Source: Nitrospirota bacterium | GTDB lineage: Bacteria > Nitrospirota > UBA9217 | NCBI GenBank assembly: GCA_963740085.1 | Contig: CAVUCU010000004.1 | Coordinates: 96,001 to 160,000 of the forward strand | Length of the DNA stretch: 64,000 bases | Direction: 5' to 3' | Part shown: positions 37,646 through 49,581 of the stretch, piece by piece | Layout: every line of letters begins with the position of its first letter | How positions within the stretch are numbered: position 1 is the stretch's first letter | Position numbers and translations under genes: made by a program | The notes under the pieces: generated by a model | Told to the model about the DNA's origin: nothing | What the model saw: the letters and a program-made list of their open reading frames with translations, nothing else | Database searches by the model: none

Positions 37646-38137
37646 GTGCCGACAATGATATTTCAGGATCATTCAAAAGGCGGTCTTCGTGTCGTCTCCA
37701 TTTTTGAAGCATTAAAAGGACTGCTTGTTTTGCTAACCGGATGCGGACTGCTGATGTACATTCACCAGGACCTTCATCTTGCCGCAGAGCAGCTTGTCCG
37801 GCATTTTCATTTGAATCCGGCCAGTCGCTACCCGCGGATCTTCCTCGATCTCGCTGATCATATATCGGACAAGCAGCTATGGGTCATGGCCTTTTCCGCG
37901 CTGCTCTATTCAGTTGTCCGTTTTGTCGAAGCGTATGGGCTGTGGCTGCGGCGGCAGTGGGCTGAGTGGTTCGGTCTCTTGTCGGGAGGCATATATGTCC
38001 CCATCGAGATATTCGAACTCATACGCAAAATCACGTGGCCGAGAATGACGGTGTTAATCGTTAATGCGGCTATTGTCGCGTATCTGGCGTATATCCTGTA
38101 TCAATCAAGACAGGAAAACAAACAGGTTCGGTGGTAA
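37646..38137 (+). CDS. DUF2127 membrane protein
   Basis: FEALKG, HFHLNPASRYP, VEAYGLW..WAEW, YVPIEIFE. Confidence 0.85.
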   Translation: MPTMIFQDHSKGGLRVVSIFEALKGLLVLLTGCGLLMYIHQDLHLAAEQLVRHFHLNPASRYPRIFLDLADHISDKQLWVMAFSALLYSVVRFVEAYGLWLRRQWAEWFGLLSGGIYVPIEIFELIRKITWPRMTVLIVNAAIVAYLAYILYQSRQENKQVRW

Positions 38138-38164
38138 CAAACCATTACAATACAAGGAGTCTGA

Positions 38165-39418
38165 ATGTCGATCCAGGCAATTAAAGGCGTGAAGGACGTG
38201 CTGCCGTCGGACATGCCGGTATGGCAATACCTCGAGGCGACGGCGCGCAAGCTGTTTCAGGACTATGGGTTCACCGAGATACGGGTCCCTGTGTTCGAAT
38301 ATACGGAGTTGTTCGCCCGGAGCATCGGCGCATCAACGGACATTGTTGAGAAGGAGATGTATACCTTTGAGGACCGTGACGGCAGAAAGATCACGCTCAG
38401 GCCGGAAGGGACCGCCGGCGTGGTGCGTGCGTTCATAGAACACAAGCTGTATGCCGATGCCCAGCTGACGAAGCTGTACTACCTCGGCCCCATGTTCCGG
38501 CATGAGCGGCCGCAGAAAGGCCGTTATCGCCAGTTCTACCAGATCGGTGTCGAGTCGCTCGGACTTGACCACCCTCATGTCGATATCGAGGTCCTTGCGA
38601 TGCTGCACGACCTTTTCGACAGACTCGGCATCGGCGGCTTGAGCCTCCAGATTAATTCTCTCGGTGACGGCGAGTGCAGGGGAGCATACCGGGCTGCGCT
38701 CAAGCAGTATTTAAAGGCAAAACTCCCCGCGTTGTGCGCGGATTGTCAACGGCGGTACGAGACGAACCCGCTCCGCGTTCTGGACTGCAAAGTGGACGCG
38801 GACAAGTTCACGGACTCGCCGGTGATGCTGGATTATCTCTGCGCTCCCTGCAAGTCGCATTTCGAGACCGTGGAACAGGGACTTCAGAAGCTCGGCATCC
38901 CTTTTGAGGTCAACAAGCGCCTGGTACGGGGACTCGACTATTATACCCGCACGACATTCGAACTCGTGATGGGCCATATGGGCGCGCAGAATACCGTGGC
39001 CGCAGGAGGCAGGTACGACGGACTGGTCAAGGAGATCGGCGGCCCGGCAACACCAGGGATCGGTTTTGCGCTCGGCGTCGAGCGGGCCATATCACTCATG
39101 GAAACCGGGAACGTAGTGTTTCCCCGGCCTGCGCTCTTCGTCGCGGCGCTCGGACCGGACGCAGTGGCGCTGGTACTTCCGATCGTCCTTCACCTCAAAT
39201 CGTCCGGGATGCCCGTTGAAACGGATTACTCCGGCGCAAGCCTCAAGAGCCAGATGAAGAAAGCCGACAAATCCGGAGCTCCATACACGCTGATCATCGG
39301 CGAACAGGAGATGAAGAGCGGGATGGCGGTCCTCCGGAATATGCAGACCAAAGAGCAGGAAGAGATCGCATTGAAGGATATCGAAGAGGCACTGAAGAAG
39401 AGAGCGGCCCTCGCATAA
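38165..39418 (+). CDS. hisS: Histidine--tRNA ligase
   Basis: LRPEGTA, FRHERPQKGRYRQF, LVRGLDYY, GGRYD, GVER. Confidence 0.98.
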   Translation: MSIQAIKGVKDVLPSDMPVWQYLEATARKLFQDYGFTEIRVPVFEYTELFARSIGASTDIVEKEMYTFEDRDGRKITLRPEGTAGVVRAFIEHKLYADAQLTKLYYLGPMFRHERPQKGRYRQFYQIGVESLGLDHPHVDIEVLAMLHDLFDRLGIGGLSLQINSLGDGECRGAYRAALKQYLKAKLPALCADCQRRYETNPLRVLDCKVDADKFTDSPVMLDYLCAPCKSHFETVEQGLQKLGIPFEVNKRLVRGLDYYTRTTFELVMGHMGAQNTVAAGGRYDGLVKEIGGPATPGIGFALGVERAISLMETGNVVFPRPALFVAALGPDAVALVLPIVLHLKSSGMPVETDYSGASLKSQMKKADKSGAPYTLIIGEQEMKSGMAVLRNMQTKEQEEIALKDIEEALKKRAALA

Positions 39419-39897
39419 TGAGAGTAGGAGTTCTTTCCGATACCCATGTCCCGGCCATTGCCCGGGCATTGCCTGCGGTTATCTTCGACATCTTTAAGGG
39501 CGTCGACCTCATCCTCCATGCAGGCGATATCCTCGAGATGTCCGTGCTCGATGAACTCAGGACCATAGCGCCCGTCGAGGCGGTCGCCGGCAACATGGAC
39601 GGGTCCGAGGTCCAATTGAGCCTTCCTTATAAAAAGATCATTCCCCTCGCTCAATACACCGCCGGACTTATTCACGGCAAATACAGAATAGACGTTCAGC
39701 GCGATATGATCAGGAGAGAGTTCGATGCCGTTGATCTGATCGTCTACGGACACTCGCACACGCCTTTCTGGGGAAAGGTGAATGGCGTTTATTTCCTGAA
39801 CCCGGGAAGCCCGACCGATACGCGACATGCACCGTATAATTCCGTTGCCATACTTGAGGTGGGGGACGAATTGAAAGCGGAGATAATAAGGCTCTGA
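39418..39897 (+). CDS. YfcE/MJ0936-type metallophosphoesterase
   Basis: SDTH, HAGD, GNMD, HG, GHSH, NPGS. Confidence 0.92.
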   Translation: MRVGVLSDTHVPAIARALPAVIFDIFKGVDLILHAGDILEMSVLDELRTIAPVEAVAGNMDGSEVQLSLPYKKIIPLAQYTAGLIHGKYRIDVQRDMIRREFDAVDLIVYGHSHTPFWGKVNGVYFLNPGSPTDTRHAPYNSVAILEVGDELKAEIIRL

Positions 39898-40012
39898 TAA
39901 AGACGCATTTGAAATTGTCACAGACGTGCCGGGATGTACCTTTATTATTTCATCCGCATTAAATCATTTTAAGTTGCAAAGGACTTTGCTTTATGATAAA
40001 TTTCGGACAGCT

Positions 40013-41443
40013 ATGGCGATTGAAAAAATAAAGTTCGGGACATCGGGCTGGCGGGGCGTCATCGCGGATGACTTTACCTTCAGCAGAGTACGGGCCGTGA
40101 CCCAGGCGATCGCCGATCACCTTGTTGCGCAAGGGCTGAAAGACAAGGGTGTGGTCGTAGGATATGATACGCGCTTTTTGTCCGAGCGGTTTGCCGCGGA
40201 GTCCGTCCGGGTTTTTGCGGCAAACGGGATACGTTCTTTTCTCTCGAACAGGGATGTCCCCACGCCTGCGGTCGCCTTCGACATCATTCGGAGAAAGGCC
40301 GCCGGTGGCATCAACTTCACTGCGAGTCACAACCCGCCGGAATACAACGGCCTGAAATTCTCCGCGGCCTGGGGTGGTCCGGCCCTGCCTGAAACCACGA
40401 AAGATATTGAAGTACGGGCCAACGCTCTTGTCGATAAAAATTCCATAGGGATCCTGTCGCTGGCAGAGGCGAAGCAAAAGGGGATGGTGGACGAGGTCGA
40501 CCATCGCAAGGCTTATCTTGATGACCTGCGAAAAAAGATCGACTTTGAACCCATTAAAAAAGCAAAATTAAAGATCGCCATCGACCTGCTTTACGGGACG
40601 GGCAGGGACTATCTGGACAGCCTGCTCAAGGAAGCCGGCTGCGCGGTCACGGTCCTCCATGGACATCGCGACGCGCTGTTCGGCGGCCGATCTCCGGAAC
40701 CGTCCGAGGAAAACCTCGCGGAACTTTCAGAACTGATGAAAAAGGGACGCTATGACCTCGGCCTGGCAGTCGACGGCGACGCTGACCGTTTCGGGATCAT
40801 GGATCCGGACGGGACGTACATTAATCCGAATCAGGTCCTGGCCCTGGTCCTGGATTACCTTTGCCGGACACGGGGCTGGAAAGGCGGCGCCGCGCGCTCT
40901 ATCGCCACTACCCATCTCATCGACGCGGTAGCCAAGAAACACGGCATCGAGGTGTACGAAACGGGCGTAGGGTTCAAATTCATCGGGGACCTGCTGGTAC
41001 AGGGCAAGATCATCTTCGGCGGTGAGGAAAGCGCAGGGATGACGATCAAGGACCACGTGCCTGAAAAGGACGGCATCCTTGCCTGCCTTCTGGTCGCTGA
41101 AATGGTTTCGAGCGAACGAAAGACGATCAAGGACATGCTGAAGAGGCTCTATAAAGAAGTAGGTACTATTTTAAATGACCGGGTCAATATACGATTAACC
41201 GAAGCGAATCACGCGTCAGTGTATGCGCGGCTCAGTCAGCCCCTGAACGAGTTCGGCGGGCTCCGGGTCAAGGGCAAGAAGACCACCGCCGACGGGACCA
41301 AGTACATGCTTGAGGACGACAGCTGGGTCCTGATGCGCGCTTCAGGCACCGAGCCGGTGGTGAGAGTGTATGTCGAGTCCTCTTCCGAGGAAAAGATAAA
41401 GGAACTAATAGAGGCGGGCAAGAAGTTCATACTGGGGCAGTGA
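40013..41443 (+). CDS. Phosphoglucomutase/phosphomannomutase
   Basis: FGTSGWRG, TASHNP, DGDADR, GGEESAG, RASGTEP. Confidence 0.95.
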   Translation: MAIEKIKFGTSGWRGVIADDFTFSRVRAVTQAIADHLVAQGLKDKGVVVGYDTRFLSERFAAESVRVFAANGIRSFLSNRDVPTPAVAFDIIRRKAAGGINFTASHNPPEYNGLKFSAAWGGPALPETTKDIEVRANALVDKNSIGILSLAEAKQKGMVDEVDHRKAYLDDLRKKIDFEPIKKAKLKIAIDLLYGTGRDYLDSLLKEAGCAVTVLHGHRDALFGGRSPEPSEENLAELSELMKKGRYDLGLAVDGDADRFGIMDPDGTYINPNQVLALVLDYLCRTRGWKGGAARSIATTHLIDAVAKKHGIEVYETGVGFKFIGDLLVQGKIIFGGEESAGMTIKDHVPEKDGILACLLVAEMVSSERKTIKDMLKRLYKEVGTILNDRVNIRLTEANHASVYARLSQPLNEFGGLRVKGKKTTADGTKYMLEDDSWVLMRASGTEPVVRVYVESSSEEKIKELIEAGKKFILGQ

Positions 41444-41449
41444 GCCCAC

Positions 41450-42805
<1,356 letters not shown>

Positions 42806-42840
42806 GGAATCAAATTCTTCACCAACTGGAAAGATAGTTT

Positions 42841-42936
42841 ACCGCGAAGGCGCGAGGGACGCCAAGGAGCGATAATGATTCTATGGTTAAATACCAGAAG
42901 TCATGATTTCCTTGGCGCCCTTCGCGCCTTCGCGAT
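42841..42936. repeat. Inverted 9-nt period array without cargo gene
   Basis: accgcgaaggcgcgagggacgccaagga ... tccttggcgcccttcgcgccttcgcgat. Confidence 0.85.
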
Positions 42937-42987
42937 TCAAAGGTTTTGTTCCGGCTTGTCCGGATCAGGTATTCCGCACCGCTAATC

Positions 42988-43374
42988 ATGGATCGATCCG
43001 CATTCGAAATACTCGTTCAGAACTCCCTGCGAAAACTTCCCCGAAAGTTTAAAAAGAAACTCGCCAATATCTCCGTTGAGGTGGAAGACCGGCCTTCTCA
43101 GGCGCTGCTGAACGATATGGGAATACGATCCGGCACGCTTTTCGGCCTTTATCAGGGCGTGCCGCTCACGCAGCGGGAATGGAATTACGGCAACATGCTT
43201 CCTGACCGCATAGTTATCTACCAACGCACGATTGAGAGCGTTGCCGAATCTCCTGAACAGATTGAGAAAATAGTCCTGGACACGGTGATTCACGAAATCG
43301 GGCATTATTTCGGGTTTTCCGATCAGGAGTTGCGTGAGATGGAGATTGAGAAAAGAAGGGAAGAGCGGATTTAG
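42988..43374 (+). CDS. Minimal zincin-like metallopeptidase
   Basis: LFGLYQGVPL, PDRIVIYQ, HEIGHYFG. Confidence 0.88.
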   Translation: MDRSAFEILVQNSLRKLPRKFKKKLANISVEVEDRPSQALLNDMGIRSGTLFGLYQGVPLTQREWNYGNMLPDRIVIYQRTIESVAESPEQIEKIVLDTVIHEIGHYFGFSDQELREMEIEKRREERI

Positions 43375-43392
43375 GCATGTTGTGCATCCCTC

Positions 43393-43893
43393 TCACCCGC
43401 GTTCCTTCCCTCCCTCTCCATATTTTTTTACGATTTTCTCAATGATCCCCGTTGTTGACGCCCCTTCGATATACCCCACACTCACGACCTTGCCGCCACG
43501 GGCCTCAACAATGTCACGGCCGATGATCTTCTCGATCGGCCAGTCTCCGCCCTTGACCAGCACGTCGGGCTGGAGTTCTCCAATGATCCGGCGCGGATCG
43601 GGTTCATTGAAGAGGACGACGTAGTCAACGTTCTCAAGCGCGGCGAGCGTTTCCATGCGCTCTGCCTCAGCGTTGATCGGCCGCTTGTCCCCCTTGATCC
43701 CGCGCACGGAGGCATCGCTGTTCACCGCTACGATCAGGAGGTCTCCGAAAGACCTTGCTTTCGTGAGGTAGCGTGTGTGACCGGTATGGATCAGATCAAA
43801 GCAACCGTTCGTAAAGACGATCTTCCTGCCCGTTGAGCGAAGAATGTCGATGAGTGGTCGCAATTCACTGACGGTTTTAATTTTATGGTGCAT
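43393..43893 (-). CDS. rfaE2: D-glycero-beta-D-manno-heptose-1-phosphate adenylyltransferase
   Basis: FTNGCFDLIHTGH, NSDASV, KRPIN, VKGGDW, STT. Confidence 0.94.
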   Translation of the reverse strand: MHHKIKTVSELRPLIDILRSTGRKIVFTNGCFDLIHTGHTRYLTKARSFGDLLIVAVNSDASVRGIKGDKRPINAEAERMETLAALENVDYVVLFNEPDPRRIIGELQPDVLVKGGDWPIEKIIGRDIVEARGGKVVSVGYIEGASTTGIIEKIVKKYGEGGKERG

Positions 43894-44001
43894 GCGAAAC
43901 TATAATCTAAAATCGGAACAATTGCAAGGGGGAGGGGTGGAGGGGAGTGGAAAAGAGTGATTATTAGTCGTCTCAAAAAAAATGAATAGGATTCCAAGGC
44001 T

Positions 44002-44071
44002 GTCATTCCCGAAGATCTTATCGGGAATCCGGTGCTAAACCATATCCCCGAAAGGAGCATTCGGGGATGAC
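44002..44071. repeat. REP/REPIN-like double hairpin
   Basis: gtcattcccg..cgggaatcc paired with atccccgaa..ttcggggatgac. Confidence 0.7.
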
Positions 44072-44148
44072 TATCGGTTTGCTACGGGGACTGCAGGTAA
44101 ATACAATTATGAAAGCGTTAATAAGAGAACTGATCCGGCAGGCTGTTC

Positions 44149-45222
44149 TTAATCCTGGTGCATGTTAAATATCTCATCAAACACAGAAGCCATCTCATGA
44201 AACGCCTTCAAAACCGCAGGGTCAAAGTGTTCCGGCATGGTCCTGCCGTCGCCCTGGGTGATGATCTTACAAGTTGTCTCATGGTCAAATGCGGTTTTAT
44301 ATGGTCTCTTGCTGCGCAGGGCATCATACTGATCAGCAAGCATGACTATTCTTCCCTCGATCGGAATATCCGTTCCTTTAAGCCCGTACGGGTATCCCTT
44401 CCCATCCCATCGTTCATGATGGTTGAGTGCAACCGATGCCGCCACCTGAATGCCCGGATAGGTCGAGCCGGCGAGCATTTCAGCTCCGATAGCAGCGTGT
44501 TTTTTCATGATCTCAAATTCTTCCCGCGTCAGAGTGGCCGGCTTCAGGAGGATGCTGTCGGGAATGCCGATCTTCCCCAGGTCGTGCATGGGGCTCGCAA
44601 ACGTTATGGTCTCGACAAAATCAGCGGACATGCCTAATGCCTCCGCGATCTTGTTCGAGTAGAGGCCGATCCTCGCGATGTGAGCCCCGGTGTCCGTGTC
44701 GCGGTACTCGGCCACGGATGTCAGACGCTGGATGACCTCGGCGCTCATCTTCTTGACCATCAGCAGGGCATCCGCCAGTTCCCGCGTCCGTATCCGCACC
44801 GTTTCCTCGAGCATCGTCTTGTAATTCTTTTCCATCTGGATGAAACTGGTATATTTGACCGCCTTTTCCACCGAGTGCAGGAGATAATCCGGATTGTAGG
44901 GTTTCGTTATGAAATCGAAAGCGCCCTGTTTGATCGCGTCGACGGCAACATCCAGCTCCGCGAACGCCGTCATCAGGATCACGGGGATCTGTTGATTATA
45001 AGCATGGATTTTTTTGAGAAGCTCGATGCCGGTGACCCGGGGCATTTTGATATCGGTCAGGACCACAACGACGACGTTGTTTTTGATAACTTCCATGGCG
45101 TCGTTCGCATTTTGGCAGGCATGTACCGTATAGTCGAACGTTCTTAACAAAGTTGAAATGGATTCAAGCACATAAGGGTCGTCATCGACAACGAGCAGCG
45201 TGTTTTTTCCCTTATCATTCAT
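44149..45222 (-). CDS. Response regulator with HD-GYP cyclic-dinucleotide phosphodiesterase domain
   Basis: Receiver domain (DDD, DIKMP), [29 protein letters not shown]. Confidence 0.95.
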   Translation of the reverse strand: MNDKGKNTLLVVDDDPYVLESISTLLRTFDYTVHACQNANDAMEVIKNNVVVVVLTDIKMPRVTGIELLKKIHAYNQQIPVILMTAFAELDVAVDAIKQGAFDFITKPYNPDYLLHSVEKAVKYTSFIQMEKNYKTMLEETVRIRTRELADALLMVKKMSAEVIQRLTSVAEYRDTDTGAHIARIGLYSNKIAEALGMSADFVETITFASPMHDLGKIGIPDSILLKPATLTREEFEIMKKHAAIGAEMLAGSTYPGIQVAASVALNHHERWDGKGYPYGLKGTDIPIEGRIVMLADQYDALRSKRPYKTAFDHETTCKIITQGDGRTMPEHFDPAVLKAFHEMASVFDEIFNMHQD

Positions 45223-45446
45223 CTATTCAGGACCTCCCTGGATTTGCGCGCAATGGCTTGCCCATTTGTTTTCTTTCAGAATAGTATACACGAAATCGTT
45301 GGGAAATGCCATTGCAAGACAGGATGCAAGACAGTATGCCAAATTATTCTCTTTCCCATGGCACAGAATATTTGGTATAATCTGCACTAGCGTGCAAGCG
45401 CGGCAACCTTGTTCTCAATACGGATGGATCGCATAAGGAGCATGCC

Positions 45447-47210
45447 ATGGCGGTTGTGGACACGAAGAAAAAGAGGATCGGTGAGTTGCTTGTCGCCGGC
45501 GGGCTGATCAAGGAAGAGCAGCTCGAGCGGGCACTTGACGAACAGAAGAAGAGGGGTGGGAAGGTCGGCGAGGTCCTCGTGGACCTGGGGTTCATCAATG
45601 AGCACAACCTGGCGACATTTCTCGCCCGACAGCTTCACATACCTTACCTTGAAATCGAAAAACAACTGGTGGACCCTGACAGCGTAAAGCTTATTCCCGC
45701 GGACATGGCCAGACGCATCACCGCGATCCCACTGTACAAGGACAAAGAAGCGCTGGTCGTGGCCATGGCTGATCCGCTTAATATCTTCGGCCTTGACGAT
45801 ATCCGGAAGGCGGCGGGCACAGAGATCCGGCAGGTTGTGGCCACGCGAAGCGATATACAGAAGGCCATTTCCAACTATTATGGAATGGGGCAGAACATTG
45901 ACGCTGCGGCCATGGATTTCGCCGGGGAGACAGGCGCCGTTTTCGCAGAGGCCGCGGAGATGTCCGGAATCACGTACGAGGACGCACCGGTTGTCAAGCT
46001 GGTGAGCATGCTGATCGCCCAGGCCATCATGGACCATGCCAGCGACATCCACATCGACCCTGAAGGGAAAAGCATCAAGGTGCGCTACCGGATCGACGGA
46101 GTGCTGGCCGAGGTAAGGACCCTGCCGCGGGAGATGCATGCACCGATCGTTTCGCGCATCAAGATCATGGCCAATATGGACATCGCGGAAAAACGCATCC
46201 CCCAGGACGGCCGCTTTCAGGCCCGGATCACGCATACCGAGGCCGGCCCCGTCGTAACCGCCGTCTATCGCGAGCGGAACGCTCTTCGTATGAATGAAGA
46301 CTCCACCGTGGACATTCGTGTCTCGACCCTGCCGGTCATTCAGGGAGAGACGGTGGTGATGCGCATCCTCGACAAGTCACGAATTATCCTGACCCTTGAT
46401 GGACTGAGTTTGTCACCGGATATGTTCGATCGGTATCGCGCGCTCATCGCGAGACCGTACGGCATAATCCTTGTGACGGGACCGACCGGAAGCGGGAAAA
46501 CCACTACGCTCTATGCAAGCATCAATTCCATCGATCGGAAGGCAAACAATCTGGTGACCATCGAGGACCCTGTGGAGTATCAGATCATGGGAGTCAACCA
46601 GGTGCAGGTAAATGCCAAGGCAGGCGTGACGTTCGCCAGCGGTCTTCGTTCCATTCTGCGGCAGGACCCTGATATCATCATGGTGGGCGAGATCCGCGAC
46701 CGGGAGACGGCCGAGATCGCCATCCATGCGGCGCTTACCGGTCATCTGGTCTTCGCGACGCTCCATACCAATGACGCTGCCGGCGCCGCTACCCGGCTTA
46801 TTGACATGGGTATAGAACCTTTTCTTATCGCATCCTCGGCGATCGGTATCCTGGCGCAGCGTCTTGCTCGGAAGATATGCGACCGATGTAAAAAACCGTA
46901 TGCCGCTACCCCCGATCTTCTCAAGAACCTCGGCATAGCGCCCGGGAACGTGACCTTCTATCGGGGCGAGGGGTGCCCCGCCTGCAAAAAAACGGGGTAC
47001 CAGGGCAGGGTCGGTCTTTATGAGTTGATGGACATGACCGAAGCGGTCAGGACGCTGATCATCTCCAAGGCATCGAGCACCGCCATAAAGACGGCTGCTG
47101 CTCAATCAGGATTCAAGACTCTGCGCCAGGCAGGCCTGGCCAAAGCCGAGGCCGGGGTCACCACGATAGAAGAGGTGCTCCGCGTGACGCAGGAGGCGGA
47201 AGAGGTTTAG
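45447..47210 (+). CDS. PilB/GspE-family assembly ATPase with N-terminal MshEN domain
   Basis: RIGELLV..GLI....L..AL.EQ, GPTGSGKTT, IEDPVE, LRQDPD, TGHLV..TLH, tetra-Cys motif. Confidence 0.93.
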   Translation: MAVVDTKKKRIGELLVAGGLIKEEQLERALDEQKKRGGKVGEVLVDLGFINEHNLATFLARQLHIPYLEIEKQLVDPDSVKLIPADMARRITAIPLYKDKEALVVAMADPLNIFGLDDIRKAAGTEIRQVVATRSDIQKAISNYYGMGQNIDAAAMDFAGETGAVFAEAAEMSGITYEDAPVVKLVSMLIAQAIMDHASDIHIDPEGKSIKVRYRIDGVLAEVRTLPREMHAPIVSRIKIMANMDIAEKRIPQDGRFQARITHTEAGPVVTAVYRERNALRMNEDSTVDIRVSTLPVIQGETVVMRILDKSRIILTLDGLSLSPDMFDRYRALIARPYGIILVTGPTGSGKTTTLYASINSIDRKANNLVTIEDPVEYQIMGVNQVQVNAKAGVTFASGLRSILRQDPDIIMVGEIRDRETAEIAIHAALTGHLVFATLHTNDAAGAATRLIDMGIEPFLIASSAIGILAQRLARKICDRCKKPYAATPDLLKNLGIAPGNVTFYRGEGCPACKKTGYQGRVGLYELMDMTEAVRTLIISKASSTAIKTAAAQSGFKTLRQAGLAKAEAGVTTIEEVLRVTQEAEEV

Positions 47211-47748
47211 AGCCACGAGTCTCTGGAGCCTAAGGAGTTCGAGGAGTCTAAAAGAGGCTAGTTCTAGGAGTCTAAAGAGTCTGAGGAGTGTACAAATTTA
47301 ATGAGTTTTAGGAGTTTTCTTCTCCGATAGGTAAGTAGAAAGCCCCATGAGCATTCGGGATATTTCATCGGCAATATCATATAACTTTTTGAAGACATTT
47401 TCGGTAATATATGTTTGATCAAATGCTATATACAGTGCAGCTTGAACTTCTGCGCATGAACCATGAGCTTGAACAAGATATTGTTTTAGTTCCTTATCTG
47501 TCCTTCTGCCAAAATCCTCCGCAATGTTAAGCATGATTGAAACAGTTGCTCTTTTCATTTGGTCTTTAGGGGATAATCTTTTGCAAAAGCGCCTTTGCTC
47601 GTTTCCGTGTAGATCAATTTGGTAAATTCTCGTGCTTTCTGCCATGCCTGAATATCCTCAAATCTCTTAATAGGAGCCATCAGATTTTTCCTATTCAGAA
47701 TTGAACTCTTCAAACTCTTCAGACTCTAAAAACTCTACAGACTCTCAG
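47211..47748. repeat. Inverted arrays of a 9-nt unit enclosing the four-helix-bundle gene
   Basis: Left arm ggagcctaa ggagttcga ggagtctaa .. ggagtctaa agagtctga ggagt; right arm aactcttca aactcttca gactctaaa aactctaca gactctca. Confidence 0.9.
47298..47680 (-). pseudogene. Four-helix-bundle (23S rRNA IVS / Avd-like) protein, frameshifted at about 47566
   Basis: MAPIKRFEDIQAWQKAREFTKLIY..KDYPL in one frame, KDQMKRATVSIMLNIAE..AHGSCAEV in the next; one A missing from ctaaagac. Confidence 0.88.
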
Positions 47749-47749
47749 C

Positions 47750-49471
47750 CTATCTGATATACGCTTCCGTCACATACCGTCTCATCATACGGTGGCTGTT
47801 GAAATAATAGGCGTTCTTGCTGACGGCGTTCTTCATCATGATGCTCCAGTGACTCTTGTCGGGGTCGTAATATTTTGGGATGATCAGGTTCTCCAGCTTG
47901 TGATAGAGGTCCGCCGCGTCCTCGGCATCCCCGCCAAGGCCGGGATGTGCCGTCTCGGTAGGCATGCCGCCGATGGACCATCCGGTAAATCCCTCGATGT
48001 GCCCCTCGATCCACCATCCGTCCAGCACGCTGAAGTTCACGACGCCGTTGTGAGCAGCCTTCATTCCGCTTGTGCCCGACGCCTCAAGCGGTCTGAGCGG
48101 CGTGTTGAGCCACACGTCGACGCCCGAGACGAGCTTGAGCGCAATGTCCATGTCATAGCCGGGAAGAAAGACCACGGATATCCTCCCCTTGAGCTTGTCG
48201 CGAAATCCGTAGATGCCCTGGATCAGCTGCTTGCCGTTGTCGTCGTGTGGATGGGCCTTTCCCGCATAGATGATCTGGAGTTTGCCCTTTTCACTGATCT
48301 TCAGCAAGCGATCGATGTCGGAGAACACCAGGTGGGGACGTTTATACGCGGTGGCCCGCCGTGCAAAGCCGAGGGTGAGCACGTTCGCGTCCATGACCAC
48401 ACCCGTTGCCTCGCCGACATAGGTAAGGAGCTTCTTCTTTGCCTCACGGTGCGCTTCCCACATCTCCAGTTCGGGTATGTTGCCGGACCGGACGAAGAGC
48501 TCGGGTTCATTGGCCCAGCCGGGGATGTACCGGTCATAGAGCTTCGCCATTTCTTCGCAGGTCCACGTGAACGTGTGTACGCCGTTGGTGATGGCATGGA
48601 TGTGGTAGCCGGGGAACATGTGCTGAGAAACCTCACCATGTTTCTTTGCCACTCCGTTGATGTACTTGCTCAGTTTGAGCGCCAGCAAAGTCATGTTCAG
48701 GCTGTCCTTGCCCGCAAGGTCCTTGAGCACGTCGAACGGGATGATCTCGCCGAGGACCTGTTTGACGAGGGGGTAGGGAAACTTGTCGTGGCCCGCCTCC
48801 ACAGGGGTGTGCGTGGTGAATACGCACAGGTCACGCACCCTGCCGATGTCCCAGATCGACCGCTCGTCCCATACGCTCTCGATGTCGCGTTTGAACCGGA
48901 GCAGCAGTTCGAGCGCGAGAAAACTCGCGTGTCCCTCATTCATGTGAAATTTTTTGATGTGGAATTCAAGGGCCTGGAGCATGCGCACGCCGCCCATGCC
49001 GAGCACGACCTCCTGCTTGATCCGGTAGGAGATGTCGCCGCCGTAGAGTGAATCCGTGATGCGCCGGTCCTCTGCTCCGTTCTCAGGCAGGTCCGTGTCC
49101 AGGAAGAGGATAGGCACCTTGCCTCCCGTAGGGCTGATAACCTGATACATCCATGCCTGGACCAGGACGTCCCGGCCTTCGATAAGGACCGTGATCTTCT
49201 CGGGCAGAAGCGTCATGTACTTTGCCGGGTCCCAGACCATTGGTTTTTCCTTCTGCCAGCCTTCCGCATCGATCTCCTGATCGAAGTAGCCTTTGTGCGT
49301 GATCAGCGTCACGGCCACAAGGGGAAGATTGAGGTCTGCTGCGGACTTGATGGTGTCGCCCGCAAGGATGCCGAGGCCGCCGCTGTAAGTTGGAATATCA
49401 TTTTTTACGCCGATCTCCATGGAAAAATAGGCGATCATGGGCTCGGAGTTAAATTCGTGCAGGCTGTTCAT
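47750..49471 (-). CDS. glgP: Alpha-glucan phosphorylase
   Basis: YFSMEIG, YSGGLG, MNEGH, FARRATAYKR, EASGTSGMK. Confidence 0.95.
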   Translation of the reverse strand: MNSLHEFNSEPMIAYFSMEIGVKNDIPTYSGGLGILAGDTIKSAADLNLPLVAVTLITHKGYFDQEIDAEGWQKEKPMVWDPAKYMTLLPEKITVLIEGRDVLVQAWMYQVISPTGGKVPILFLDTDLPENGAEDRRITDSLYGGDISYRIKQEVVLGMGGVRMLQALEFHIKKFHMNEGHASFLALELLLRFKRDIESVWDERSIWDIGRVRDLCVFTTHTPVEAGHDKFPYPLVKQVLGEIIPFDVLKDLAGKDSLNMTLLALKLSKYINGVAKKHGEVSQHMFPGYHIHAITNGVHTFTWTCEEMAKLYDRYIPGWANEPELFVRSGNIPELEMWEAHREAKKKLLTYVGEATGVVMDANVLTLGFARRATAYKRPHLVFSDIDRLLKISEKGKLQIIYAGKAHPHDDNGKQLIQGIYGFRDKLKGRISVVFLPGYDMDIALKLVSGVDVWLNTPLRPLEASGTSGMKAAHNGVVNFSVLDGWWIEGHIEGFTGWSIGGMPTETAHPGLGGDAEDAADLYHKLENLIIPKYYDPDKSHWSIMMKNAVSKNAYYFNSHRMMRRYVTEAYIR

Positions 49472-49581
49472 AATTCTCCTTTAAGTATTCAATGCTGAAG
49501 CTGGATGTAAAAGAAGAAGGATACAACCAAATAAAAATTTCTCGCAGAGACGCCTTTAGTTTCGCCTTCTTCAGTTCAGGC

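Noticed and set aside
45320-45380. Sigma54 promoters between HD-GYP and pilB
   Set aside because: The TGGCA motifs on both strands lack the exact GG-N10-GC spacing.
47298-47680. Diversity-generating retroelement (Avd-like gene)
   Set aside because: No reverse transcriptase and no TR/VR pair differing at adenines were seen in the window.
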